NCBI GenBank assembly: GCA_011109175.1
Contig: RDEW01000039.1
Coordinates: 389,817 to 432,002, forward strand
Source of the DNA: Dicyema japonicum
Lineage: Eukaryota > Animalia > Dicyemida
Reading direction: 5' to 3'
DNA length: 42,186 nucleotides
Shown: positions 1 to 11,223 of the stretch, piece by piece
Numbering within the stretch: the first letter of the stretch is position 1
Layout of the letters: each line of letters begins with the position of its first letter
Notes under the pieces: generated by a model
What the model was told of the DNA's origin: nothing
The model's database searches: none
What the model saw: the letters and a program-made list of their open reading frames with translations, nothing else
Position numbers and translations under genes: made by a program

Positions 1-870
1 TGCTTTGTCAGTCCTCTATTAATCAAGAAGCAATCATAATCCGATTGTGGTAAAGATCAGGGAGAAGCCAACGTGAGGAGAATTCATAGCGGCTACAATT
101 ACAAAGGTGCTAATGGTATTGTTACACGCAATCTCAGAAGACGGACCGAAAAATCGTTGCTGGCTGAACCCAAACATTGATTAAATTCTTCGAATGGTCA
201 TGGGAAGACGGCCTAGCATAAAAAAGAAATCAACTCAAAAAATCTAACCGAATCAATTTGGAAATGAAACTCCGGATGAGAGCATTGAATAATGAAATAA
301 CAACCAAAGAGCTCAGGGGACAGAGGTTGAAATGTAATCGTGTGCTCACATCAGTAAATCGAAATCTTGCTACGAGAGAAGTATGGAAAGCTAATCGAAA
401 CGTAGTAAAAAGCGAGGAAATATCGTCTAAAGAGAATGCTCAAAGAGATGTGAACAATTTGAAAAAAAATTCTACACGAAAATTTCACACAAGGAGCACA
501 GGAAGTCATATAAACTATATCACGCAGAAAAATGAAGAAAGTGTAAATCCCCTCTTCTTTCATGAGAGCGATGTTAGGGATACACTACATTCCGCAAACA
601 CCACATTCTCACGGTTATTCTATTAAAAATCTTGCATACCCTATGTTGGAAACACTTGTGTAGAGGATTGCCCTAAAAGTTGGTTTCATCACCAGACGAA
701 TTGAATTGAGACTGAAAACTATACTAATTTAAGTTGGCATAAATTAAAAAAAATCTGATTAAATGGAGTAGCGATTTTCTTCGTATCATCAAGAGTGTTC
801 GTCGAAAAATTTAACATCGCTCAAGACACTGTGGTTTGAAACTGTTGGACCAAATTGATAAATCCTCAGA
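1..870 (+). mobile_element. Highly degenerate LINE remnant (linker and RT N-terminal region)
   Basis: ORF 258-626 ends in PLFFHESDVRDTLHSAN, weakly like the LINE F(T)xxEVxxAI motif. KWSSDFL (~760) resembles RT WxxxFL. No catalytic motifs are readable. Confidence 0.25.
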
Positions 871-973
871 TTGAGATATTTTTATGTTAAAAAGTGAAAT
901 TATGAGTGACAAAATAATTATTAAAACCATTTAATCCCTTAAAAACGAAAAGTTAACTAATCAAACGATCAAA

Positions 974-2133
974 TTATTCGATTATAGGATAAATTGGATG
1001 GGAAGGAAATCCACAGTTATATTTCCACGTGACAGTTTGAAGTATCCAAATATACCCCATGCTTTTCCCCATCCATTTTTGATAAGCCAATACTTTTCAC
1101 CATTCATAATTCCATAACCAACAACAGAAATTAATGATCATAGTTCAAGTTATAACAATTCCTGATGGTATACTCCTAAAACGTTTCATTTATATTTACC
1201 TCGGAGATAAGTTTGCATGCTTACAAAAGAACCATCAACTGAGCACTAATAGGACCAACATTAATGAGATAGTCCATAAGCATTTCTTCGTCACCATCAT
1301 TAAGTCTTTTATAATCAGTCAATTTAAGTTTAATATTGGTTTACCATCATATTTACATTTACCCTCCTATAGAGTTATAGATAGAGACATTACCTTAGCC
1401 ACATATGGATATCGTTTTTCAGAATTAATTCCTCCGTTTTTTTAATGTAATTATAAACTTTTTCAAGATACCACTGCATCCATGATCACTTACACAATCT
1501 ACCATGTTTTGTTCACTCATAGAATAAAAATATTGTGTTTGATTGCAAAATGTGACTCCAACGTAGCCAACTAAATGCATTAGACAATCGTTAACTGCTC
1601 CAAATGCATAGCAAGACCCACAAAAACCTCCTTGCATTTTTATATCAGTTACACAGTTTCGTTTTACCCAACTAAATGATTTGGGATATCTTGTTTTACT
1701 TCCATACACAGTATAATCTTCTAATATTTCATCTGTGTTTGTTTGATTAGAATAAGAATTAAACTTGAATTTGTTTGGTTTTCTAAATTCTCTTCTTGTC
1801 TACAAAAATATATTGTAATTAAACCAGGTCAGCGAACTGATTAATTCCCAATTCATACAAAAATCTTCCTTGATTAAAAAGTATATTGTGGTTGTCGATG
1901 AAGATTAAGTTTTCAGTAAAAATAGCCTTTCTAACCTGTAGTTCTAAGCCAGAATATGATTTATCTTAAAATAAGTAAAAATAAATTTAACTATATTTTT
2001 CAATGAAATTATTCCATTGGATTTCATAATATTCATCGTCTTTAAGTGAATAATTGATTGATTCGTATTTGAAATGAATTTTAGATGAATTAAAGTTATT
2101 CAAAAATATAACAAGGAAAATTATGTTGATCAT
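974..2133 (-). CDS. Cathepsin L-like cysteine protease (papain family C1A) with I29 prodomain; 5 micro-introns and about 8 frameshifts in this assembly
   Basis: Manual splicing and translation from ATG 2131-2133. Hydrophobic N-terminus, ERFNIN ([20 protein letters not shown]), [19 protein letters not shown] (catalytic Cys), [26 protein letters not shown] (catalytic His), [14 protein letters not shown] (catalytic Asn), C-terminus [13 protein letters not shown], stop 974-976. GT-AG introns at 1965-1991 (27 nt), 1800-1824 (25), 1571-1595 (25), 1367-1393 (27), 1176-1199 (24). Confidence 0.92.
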
Positions 2134-2383
2134 TTTAATTAATTCTGTCTATTTTTTATTTAAATAAATTTAAAATATATATTTTTTCATTAAAAAAATA
2201 TTTTTCATTAAATATGATTAACATCTTATGGAACTCTTACCTACGTCGTCATCAAAACTGAGTCCCTGTTTTGAAAGAATAGTAGAAGGAAAGCAGATTC
2301 AATTCTCACATTAATTTTAGTTAATAAAAATTTTTTTGCGGCCCACACAATTGTTAATTATTGATTTGCCCGTAGACCAAAAA

Positions 2384-2398
2384 GGTTGAGAACCACTG
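2384..2398 (-). mobile_element. hAT (Charlie-like) terminal inverted repeat, orphan end
   Basis: Minus strand reads CAGTGGTTCTCAACC, flanked by CTCTAAAC (2399-2406), which fits the NTCTARAN-type 8-bp target preference of Charlie/hobo-like hATs. No partner end found. Confidence 0.6.
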
Positions 2399-2569
2399 CT
2401 CTAAACAGTAAAGCTTATTCTAGAATCAATAATCTATCCTCACTCCAGATTGTTAGATTCTTTCAATCTTGTGATAGACGAGATTCATGGTCAAATATTG
2501 GTGATTGGAATCTTTTTTGGTTTGGAAACATTATGTATCAGTGTCATCTGATTATTTTATTTCAGTCAT

Positions 2570-3180
2570 GCGCATGAGAAGAAGGAGACGGCTAAACTAC
2601 TTCTAGCAGATGAGGAAATTCAGCTTACACGAGCTACATCAAAAGCTTAACCCTTAGATAAATAAATAGCTAAGATCTTAAAAGAGGATTTTGGGAATGT
2701 GAGGACTATTGTACATCATCCAAATTACAAAAAAAGTCCAAAATTTATTATTTTTATCATAATAGAGTTTTTTAGTAAAGAATTAAATATTTTATCAATT
2801 TTGGCTAAGACGTCTCTCAATTGTACATCTCTTACACCCTGGAGAAATCGCAATATCAAAAACCAAGACCTATACACTGTTGTAAATCGAAGCACGTGGG
2901 TAAAATTATTACTAAGACCCAATGGGGATTATTTAGGCACATATTACGGAAAAATCATGTCGTTCCTGCTTACGAAATTTTGGATTCATTCTTATCTGCT
3001 CAGGAACTTTTAGAAAAAAAGTCAAACAACTTTGCCATCTATACTTAACGTCGATCTAAGACCAGTTAAAATAGCACTAGAAAGACGCAGATAACAGCGT
3101 CAGAAAATTGCAATCTCGAGAAGAGCGTGAAAAGTCTAACAGACCGGATCATCTTGGAGTGGCATAAGCGATGGGAAGAA
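2570..3180 (+). mobile_element. Degenerate RTE-like LINE 3' fragment
   Basis: Frameshifted peptides RNIKNQDLY and QWGLFRHILRK...VPAYEIL match the RWRLFGHILR...PA motif of the other RTE copies in the window. Confidence 0.65.
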
Positions 3181-3239
3181 TATAGCCTTCTTATTTAGAA
3201 TGTACATTATAATAATAGTAAAGAATCCATTAAATACTT

Positions 3240-3830
3240 GATTATCGCCAATACATGGTTGATCGAATATTCATGCAGTCAGGTAATCCAAGAAAAATGC
3301 AAAAGTATTTGTCATGTTCAGAAAATGACACACCTCAATAACTTAAATAGAAATTATTACACTTGGCATTTCAAATAGAAAAAATCATTAGAGCATCAGT
3401 GGGGTGTTTTCGAAAAAATCGTTCTTGTGGAGATTGTTGCACAGTGTTAACGCGTAAATTGTGAAGGCTTTGAAAACTCAAGGATGTTTGACCACAATCT
3501 GCCTTTATATATCCAATCATTCGACACTGTGTAGCATCTTGGACTTCTTATTTGTCTAGCGAAATATGGAGTTGAAAAAGAACCTTATTTTTGGATACTA
3601 AGTTTGCTCTCGGACAAACGGTCAATTGTTAATTTTTTAACTGCGAGTCTCGTGAAATTTGGCTGAGAAGAGGCGTCACTCATGGTTCAGTGCTCAATCC
3701 TCTATTGTTCAACATTGTAATGAGAGAATTTCTTTACCCAGAAAACCAACGTACAAAATTCTAAATATTTACGCTTATGACGTCATAAATTACGATGTCT
3801 CTTTTAACCATTTGGTATCTGAGAAACGGT
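3240..3830 (+). mobile_element. Degenerate LINE reverse transcriptase fragment (APE-type LINE; clade unresolved)
   Basis: Across frames: HQWG, SFDTV*HLGLLICLAKYGV, WILSLLSDK, GVTHGSVLNPLLFNIVM, IYAYDV. These correspond to QxGF, AFDTVxH, WxxSFLxxR, GVPQGSxLxPxLF and YADD. Confidence 0.75.
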
Positions 3831-3996
3831 TGATGGCATTAAGCATGACATATGACTGCAATCACCTAATAAAAATAATTGATTGACAGGTGAAATGTTG
3901 TAGAATGGGAGAAATAATTTAATAATTATTAAAATAACGTTTTATTTAACAAAAATAAATTCTTTTTTAAATAAAAAAAACAATAAAAATTATTTA

Positions 3997-4170
3997 TTAA
4001 CAATAACGGGGAAGAGCGGCTGCTGACATTACGGAGTAAGCGTTTCCGCATAAAACTGCAATCCCAATTCGTTGCCTCAGCCAGACCGCTTCCTGCACGT
4101 CTTTCTTACGATGGGCTAATTTCCCCTCGACTTCCTTCAGGAAAGAAACTGTGATAGCCTGGTGAAAGTT
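3997..4170 (-). mobile_element. 3' end of a CRE-like (RLE) non-LTR retrotransposon ORF
   Basis: Minus strand reads FLKEVEGKLAHRKKDVQEAVWLRQRIGIAVLCGNAYSVMSAALPRYC*, matching the CRE-clade C-terminal LxQRIxIAVQRGNA motif. Followed by an AT-rich tail. Confidence 0.65.
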
Positions 4171-4563
4171 CTTTTGCGAAAAAATTTTTTATTGATTTTC
4201 TGGATAAATTCATAGAATGCGCAATTTACACTGAGAAATATTGATGAATTTCTAAAGAAATTGAAGTTTTTAAGAATACTCACCTGACCATATTTACAAT
4301 TTGGATGCAACGAATAGATATACAAATTTTAAAGATAAGTAAGTTAAGTGAACACTCCCTCGTTGCCATAAGCACGTAAAATGCCTAGGGATTCGCTCGT
4401 GCAGAACACACACTTTATGTAAGTAAAGAACAGTTATTATAACTAATCGTAGAGGGAGAACCAAGGAACGCAAAAGTTAGCCACTATTAATGAGAAAAGC
4501 AAAGATTTCTTAAATTTTAAATTTATTGCACCAAAAAACACCGTCATAGTCAGAATGAAAAAA

Positions 4564-4662
4564 TTCAAGTGACCCTAGCCTCCCGCAGCAGTCTTCGCAG
4601 GCTAGACTTGAAAGGAGTGCCGTCCAGGGAGAACTCCTCTGGATGGTTGCTGACTAATGGTC
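4564..4662 (+). other. GC-rich structured segment with nested-helix (pseudoknot) potential
   Basis: Complementary pairs: TTCAAGT 4564-70/ACTTGAA 4606-12; CTAGCCT 4575-81/AGGCTAG 4599-4605; GACC 4571-74/GGTC 4659-62; hairpin CCGTCCAG/CTGGATGG within 4620-4646. Confidence 0.4.
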
Positions 4663-5337
4663 CTTTTGGATATAATTAGAATTATTTCTGCCGCCACCAG
4701 AGATGGTGGACAACATGACGCACGCTAATCAGTGAAGTTCCCTGAGCCAAAATGGAAAAGGAGGAACTAAAGAATCAAACAAATAATCTTCAATTCATGT
4801 AGCCACATAGCACCAGACAAACTTTGGTGTAACGTAGCATAAGATTCTCATATATTTAAAAAAAAATATGATTATAATTGTCTTTTTTCACATTACACTG
4901 TAATATTCATAAAATGTCATGGATAACAATTGCTTACTGTTTAAGCGTCTAAAATGTAAGGACGTACAATCGTATCCAAAACAGATATTTATGATCCTAT
5001 CGAGAGAGAATTTATTTCAATTGATTATTCTGAAAAGTATGGCAATAGATGGAGAAGATATAGAAAAAAAAACCATTTCATTGAGGAACGAGAATAATCG
5101 AGTTGTTTCGAAGTACCTACTAAGCAAGGCCGAATAGTTTCAAATTAAGAGATATCCAAAAATATTCCCTAGAAAATATTGAAAATGACATGCTCATTAA
5201 CTAAATAAGATTTAAGGGAAAATTAAAACTAATAACAGGCAGTTGGGAATTGAGCATTGCTTTAATAAAATTAAAATTTTTTTTCATTCCTTTTAATAAA
5301 ATTGTTTATTGGCCAAAAATATTATTTATATTTTAAG

Positions 5338-5470
5338 TAGTCAACCCTCACAAATTGGCCATTTTTGGTTCCTTAGAATTTTGTGGCCAATTTGAGAAAT
5401 GGCCAATTTGAAAATAATACAATCACTAATTTTTAAAGAGACAAAAAGATTGGAATGGCCATACTCCGAG
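5338..5470 (+). mobile_element. pogo/Tc1-mariner-like terminus with subterminal TGGCCA(A)TTT repeats
   Basis: AGTCAACCCTCACAAAT matches the terminus at 6329 (TA|CAGTCAACCCTTACAAAT). Three TGGCCAATTT-like repeats follow. Confidence 0.45.
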
Positions 5471-5639
5471 GGAGCTCATTCGCGATCCATGCAGCCCAAC
5501 TAACAATTGTTTCTTGTTAAATAATTGTCTTGAAAATAAAATAATTTTTAAATATCAATTTTTTAGAAAAATGCATTTTTATTAAAATAAAAAATTAATT
5601 CCTAAATCGGTAATCAAGATTAACTGGCGTATGAAGATC

Positions 5640-5865
5640 TTTAATGCAAACCTTATAATAGCCGGATTCCATGGAAGGCCAAGAACGACACTTCCAGACC
5701 TATCGGCAGTTGGTATGAGACTAATGAACAAAGACCTATCGGCAGTTGGTATGAGACTAACTTCGGCGGACGACCTGGACTATCTAAACGAACTAGCGCG
5801 CAACAGAGGATCATATAATCGAGGCTGACGGAGAAGATGATTAGGGGCACAAGGGGAACTTAACA
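5640..5865 (+). mobile_element. RTE-like LINE 3' end with internal 28-bp duplication
   Basis: GRPRTTLP...KDLSAVGMRLTSADDLDYLNELARNRGS; ends GCACAAGGGGAACTTAA (AQGEL). GACCTATCGGCAGTTGGTATGAGACTAA occurs twice. Confidence 0.8.
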
Positions 5866-6328
5866 AATTTTATGTTTTCTCGGAAGTGTTTTTAATAATA
5901 ATAATTCCTAAAATTTTTCTTTGCTTCAATGATACTTGATTTGTACTCTCCGAATAAAGAAATAATAAAAACTTCATTCTCCACATTAGATATGAGTTCC
6001 CATCCATTGCAGTTAATCAACCACAATATCTTTTTTGTACAGGTCGTATTTTTCTCCTTCTTGTTCACCATTTTCTGGATTCTCGACTTTCTCAAACAGA
6101 TAGCAAAATAGGGATACACACCAACTCCATCCAAAGTCTTAAACATTGTGACCATGTCAGATTGGTACCAGATCTCTCAGAGAGTTCATCTACAGTCGAC
6201 AACCCTAAGAAATCCATCAATATAGCCACCACTATTTATCTTTTCGAACATATTTGTATCCATTTGGTAGATGTGAAGTTTAGGGGACTTAGAATTAAGA
6301 ATCGTGGGTCCATCATTAAAAACAAATA

Positions 6329-6350
6329 CAGTCAACCCTTACAAATCGTC
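6329..6350 (+). mobile_element. pogo-like terminal inverted repeat, possibly the 3' end of the transposase remnant at 6850-7620
   Basis: TA followed by CAGTCAACCCTTACAAAT, similar to pogo/Tigger TA|CAGT termini. Confidence 0.45.
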
Positions 6351-6849
6351 AATGTTCTAGGTGGTTTGTGAATGATGCCTTTAGTATCTACCAAGAAAGC
6401 ACTTTTGAAAATGAGTTACAGCACAATAATTTCAAAATTCTAATCGATTTTTGGATAAATTCAAAAAAAATACACCGAAATAGAATGCTCGAGTTAAAGA
6501 AATAAATACGAACATATGTTCGACTTCTATCTGAACACTTAAAGAAATTTCGAAAGCATGAATACAGCATAACCTCTATTTAAGGCATCCATTTTGACAA
6601 TTGCTCCAAAAACCGAGGTTTCCCCAAAAATGGAGGTTCGACATTTTCTTCATTTTTATAAAAAACCAGTTTTAACATATTTTCAATTAAATTATTGATA
6701 ACTAATGTATTTTTTTAAACAGAAAAAGATTTTATATTCTATTACACGAAAATATTTTTATTTTGTTTCCTGTTGAAGATTTCTTTCATATGTATGCCCA
6801 TAATTTTCTGAAATTGTGATAGTCTTTTAACGCAGCGGGAAACAAACGG

Positions 6850-7620
6850 TGAATATTCTCCTCAAAGTTATTCATTGTCGTTATTGCGTCCAAATGTGAA
6901 CAAGTGCATTCAGTTTGGACATGATGACTTATCATCATTTTCAGTAATTACATCTGCAATTATTATGTCCAACTTTTCTTTCTCATTAGAAAATTTGAAT
7001 TAGGTATCGTTGCCGACAGTTATTAATTGTTTTCCCAACAATATTGCCATGTTTTCCCAACAATTATTATGACATGACGAGATTTAGTTTTTTAAATAAA
7101 CATTCAGGTTTAAAGTTTTCATACAGTATGGAGATTTAAATTTCCCCACTAATAATGGATTTAATTTTTTCCACAAGCACTGATTGAGAAAAGAATCGTG
7201 ACCTTTTCCTTGCTTCTTTTAATACCGAAACAGTCTTCACTCAGTTACAAAAATTTTGACGGTATCCTTTTAATAAATAATCCAGTCTCGTCGCACTTAA
7301 AAATATTTTGAAGACCATGTTCTTTTACGTATTCATCATACTTGGCAAAAACATACCAAGCGAAGAAACATCGGAAGAGTTTTTCTCTCCACTAATTGTC
7401 TTAAATGACAACTGATGTTTTTCTGTAATTTTTCCACCAGCCATTAAATCCTTTAAACGACAAATAATTCAACATCCTTGCTACTTTAGAGGCAATATTT
7501 TTTAAAAGAGGACCGGACACACGAATAAATTCTTCCCTTGTCTTGGTAAAAGCATCAAAACAATTTTGTACAATTTTTGAGATAAAGTATTAGGAGAGCA
7601 TTGATTTTTTTCTGGGAAAA
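6850..7620 (-). mobile_element. Frameshifted pogo/Tigger transposase (HTH_Tnp_Tc5 plus DDE_1)
   Basis: VSGPLLKNIASKVA...FKGFNGW, KHQLSFKTISGE, NIFKCDETGLF, KRSKEKVTILFSISACGKKLNPLLVGKFKSP. Confidence 0.85.
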
Positions 7621-7779
7621 TCTATTTAACAGTTCCAGTATTAAAAAAATTGAGATAATTTTTTATACGTGATACAGCGCCTAAAGACTAAAATTACTAA
7701 ACAACCTTTACTAATTTTGTATTTATTTACAATATTTCGTTCGGTAAGACGTTTATTTTCACTTATTCCCTTAGCAATT

Positions 7780-8290
7780 TTAATCCTTAAGTCAAGACTA
7801 ATAACCACAAGAATGCAAAAATTACACGAGGCTTCAAAATAAAATTTTATATAATAATAGCAAATAAACACATTAAGAAACCATTTCCCTAGTACATCTG
7901 GTGCTTTTTCTAATAGGTTTTCCAAAACCTCTTTGTCTTCAGAAATTAGGTCTACATCGTCTGCGTAGATCACTTCTTCCGTCTTTCCTTGGTATAACGG
8001 TCTAAGTTCCCTCATAGCGGCTTCCAAATAAATTGTGAAATAGTAGAGGAGAAAAGGAGTCTCCTTGTGAAGTGCCCGTGTTTGTTTCAAAATTTCTTGA
8101 ATAGGTATTTCCAACTCTCACAAGGAGCTCAGTGTTGGAAAGTAAAATTCGGGTCATCCTTAGACTCGACAAGAAATCCGCTCAGTACCCCCATTAACAT
8201 GTTCCTGTTAACCGTATCTAATGCTCTTGATGAGTCAATTCCCAGAATATTGGTGGCGTTAAAATGATCTCTTTCGTTTCCTTAAAAACT
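7780..8290 (-). mobile_element. RTE-like LINE RT fragment
   Basis: LGIDSSRALDTVNR, RILLSNTELLVRVGN, FTIYLEAAMRELR, IYADDVDLI, VLGKWFLNV. Confidence 0.85.
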
Positions 8291-8429
8291 ATCTGAAATT
8301 GCTCATTAAAATAATTCTTTTCTGTAGGAAACGAATAATATCATTGTCATTTTCTGGCCTATATAAGCGCATATTACTGCGTTCATAAATCTACATTTTG
8401 GTAAGGCAGAATATTAACCAGTAAGAAAT

Positions 8430-9922
8430 TTCAAGGAAATTTATTCACGGCACTCACTGGATTCATATGTATTTTAATAAAGCAAGTCAAAGACACTGCT
8501 TTAGCATAACGTTGGCCTTTATTTCAACTGTTGATCCAATAATCCTCACAAGGTATTAAATCTGGTCATTTTGAATAGAGATGTTATTATTTCAAATGTG
8601 AAGAGGGGAGCTGTTTTGATGGCTTTCTATTTAGGACACAGCCTCACTCAATAATCGGTCTTTATCTTTCTTATATATACGGACCAAAATTCATGATTCT
8701 AATAATGACCATACAGTCCACGTTGATTTTTATCATACTTCCATCAGCTTTGAAAGGGTCCAGCTATGCAGTTGAATTCGCTAGATTCCTTATGGGAGTT
8801 GTTCAGGTTCAATGCTTTCTAAAAAACAAATAGGGTGAAATTTGCCTTCTCTATGTTTGTTTATTCAAAATTGGACTCCACCAGCGAAAAAAAACAAAAT
8901 AATAAAATTGGTATCATCAGGTTTTCTGTCTATTAATGATTAGGCTCATTTTGGAATATTTCTTAGTTACATAGCAGTTGCAACCAATTCATATAAAATG
9001 GACATGGGAACTGCCATTTAACATTTTTAGCAATTTTGTCATTTTTATCGTCATCTAGGTGCCCTTGAGGTGATCTCCTGTATCTTACTAATGATATTCA
9101 TAACGGATTTTCCAATCGACAACAAATGGATCTTACTGAGAAGGAACGCTTGAATAGAGAAGTAGAAGAATTAAAAATTTACAATGTATGATCAATCTAA
9201 GTTACCTTTAGTTACTGGATATACCAATCAAGAAGATTTTGACCACAGCGCCAATTTTGGCAGTGGCCGGTGTTCAAATCTGTGGAAATTTAGTTTGTGT
9301 ATATGCACATATATTCCATTCATGATTGATGGTCTTTACCACAACACACACAAAAATGTTGATTATGTCGTTTTTTCCACAAATTCTGTTTGTCTTCTTG
9401 CCTATCTTTATATGTTTGGGGGATTTCGTTGGGATCCCTTTTTGCGATTTACTCGTATAAAAGAATATCTTGACGAAGCTGAAAGCTGTCAAATTGTTCG
9501 CCATAATCGGTTGAGATCAATGTTCTCAAATAGGTCTCTTACCTTCTGGATTGTTCTTACTTTTCGCTTCTATCACATCAAACGCAATTTTTTGAAATTC
9601 TTAATTCTAATAGCTTGTTTTTGTTTGGAATCTGTAGTTCAATAACATTCTCAAACATTGAAGATATCGACAGGAATCACAGTGAGTACATTACGGGAGT
9701 TGTGAACAGCTTTGGATCACTATTGAGTGCATTTTTTATATTAGTCACTTCAGTAATAGTCACAGACATGTAATATGAATTTGAGTGTTTTAGACGACTT
9801 GTATTCAATGGTTGTACACATTCGTCCTTTTAGTTAGCCTACAATTTATTTGCGGGGTGATATTCGTTATCTTCACTAGTTGCTCACCGATAACTTACAA
9901 TCCAATTTTAATTCAATTATAA
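8430..9922 (+). CDS. SLC17/sialin-like anion:cation symporter (MFS); micro-introns, many frameshifts and one in-frame TAA in this assembly; 5' end uncertain
   Basis: Spliced peptides in SLC17 order: QRHCFSITLAF; GAVLMAFYLGHSLTQ; YGPK; ARFLMGVVQG; WTPPA; WTWELPF; FITDFPIDNKWI; IPIKKILTTAPILAV; GIPFCDLL; KLFAIIGLLPS; NIEDIDRNHSEYITGVVNSFGSL; QWLYTF...CGVIFVIFTS; stop 9920-9922. GT-AG introns 8553-8578 (26 nt), 8807-8833 (27), 8921-8943 (23), 9186-9211 (26), 9510-9533 (24), 9770-9793 (24). Possible GC-AG intron 9030-9058 and possible 21-nt intron 8401-8421. Confidence 0.85.
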
Positions 9923-10042
9923 ATTAATATAAAATTATTCATTTATTTATTTTAAATATTATAAACGATCTGCGGTTTTGCGTGGTTAATTGGTTTAATT
10001 TTTCTGCTTGCTTGTCTATTCCTCCTCTCTCTTCCTAATAGA

Positions 10043-10260
10043 GTGGCGTCATGTGATCCAGGTGTCTAGGTGACGCCCAGTGCCAGGCCGGCATGAGAAA
10101 GGATCATTTGCTCTTCCCCACTCCACTGGAGGGGTTTCCACAACTGTATGTAATGGACGTCTTACCGTTTATGCTGATTCCGGATGGACTCTGTTTCTGT
10201 AGAAGTGGAAACTGGATACACTTAATTAGTTGGTTACTTTAACATCTTTCTCGTGTATCC
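10043..10260. repeat. Unclassified GC-richer interspersed repeat; related copy at 42090-42148 on the opposite strand
   Basis: GTGGCGTCATGTGATCC (10043-59) and GTTTCCACAACTGT (10134-47) recur reverse-complemented at 42132-48 (1 mismatch) and 42090-103. Confidence 0.55.
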
Positions 10261-10294
10261 GGGGTTAATAAATAAATAAACGAGCTTCTTATTT

Positions 10295-11145
10295 TTTTAA
10301 AGCACTCCCGGGAAATCCAAAATTAATTAGATTAATTAAGTTCCTTTTGTGCCACGTACAGTATCTTCCCACACATCCTCTTCCATGTTCCCCTGTTCCG
10401 GGCCATTGCTTGTAGTGAGTCAAGATCTTCACCATTTCGTAGAGTTTTGTTTATTCGGATTAGGTCATCATTTAGTACTGAAGGCAACGTCACTTTAGGC
10501 CTGCCACGGAATGATCCCTTCAGTTGTGCGAAATAGTTCTCCATTGCAATGTTTGGTGGAGTCAACATTTCCATTCGTAAGATGTGACCAAAAAGTCTCC
10601 ACCTAGCCTTGAGAATCTCCTCTGATAATGCCTTAAGCCACATCTTTTGTACAGTTCTGAATTTGAGATCTTTTTCGGGAAATTATTCTCAAAATGTTTC
10701 TTAGTTGATTTCTATAAAATTGATCCAGATTGTCCATTTCCCGTTTCGTAATCCCCCATGTCCCACAGTTGTATTTCAGGACTGGAACCACGAATGTTTT
10801 ATACAATTTTAGCTTTGTATTCGTAGATATGCTCTTCCTAGAACGTCATATAGTTAAGAATTTTTTATATGCAGCAGTGGAAAGGATTTTTCTGTGGGGA
10901 ACATCTTCTGAGTCTTTAATTAGTGAACCAACTTTTATGCCTTCTCCATGATTCATCGTAAGTGCGTACAACTCGTACAAGTTTTGTATATTCAGTTTTG
11001 TCCTGGTTGACAACTAAGAACCATTTAGAAAAGGTATTTGGTAATTCTTGAGAACGTGATGAAGAATTTCAACATTTTCAGAAACAAAGTCAAGATCGTC
11101 TGCATATATTAACTCGATTATTTTGTTGTTCTCAATTAAAGGCCT
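10295..11145 (-). mobile_element. 5'-truncated RTE-like LINE with 11-bp TSD
   Basis: ELIYADDLDFV through RWRLFGHILR...GRPKVTLP...AQKELN*. GCTTCTTATTT at 10284-94 and 11146-56, with a short A-tail. Confidence 0.9.
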
Positions 11146-11223
11146 GCTTCTTATTTATTTATTTATTATTATTAAATAATAATTTATTAAATAAATAAAC
11201 GAGCTTTCCATGTCACGTGTGAC

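Noticed and set aside
1134-1445. 103-aa plus-strand ORF
   Set aside because: Antisense shadow of the cathepsin gene.
1470-1492. GTAAGT...GCAG 20-nt candidate intron in the cathepsin gene (minus strand)
   Set aside because: It would restore frame but delete the conserved GCxG(G) motif, so a small deletion is the better explanation.
10086-10095. GGCCGGCATG, identical to the start of the HDV genomic ribozyme
   Set aside because: No complementary P1 3' strand or L3/J4-2 core downstream; chance match inside a hairpin.
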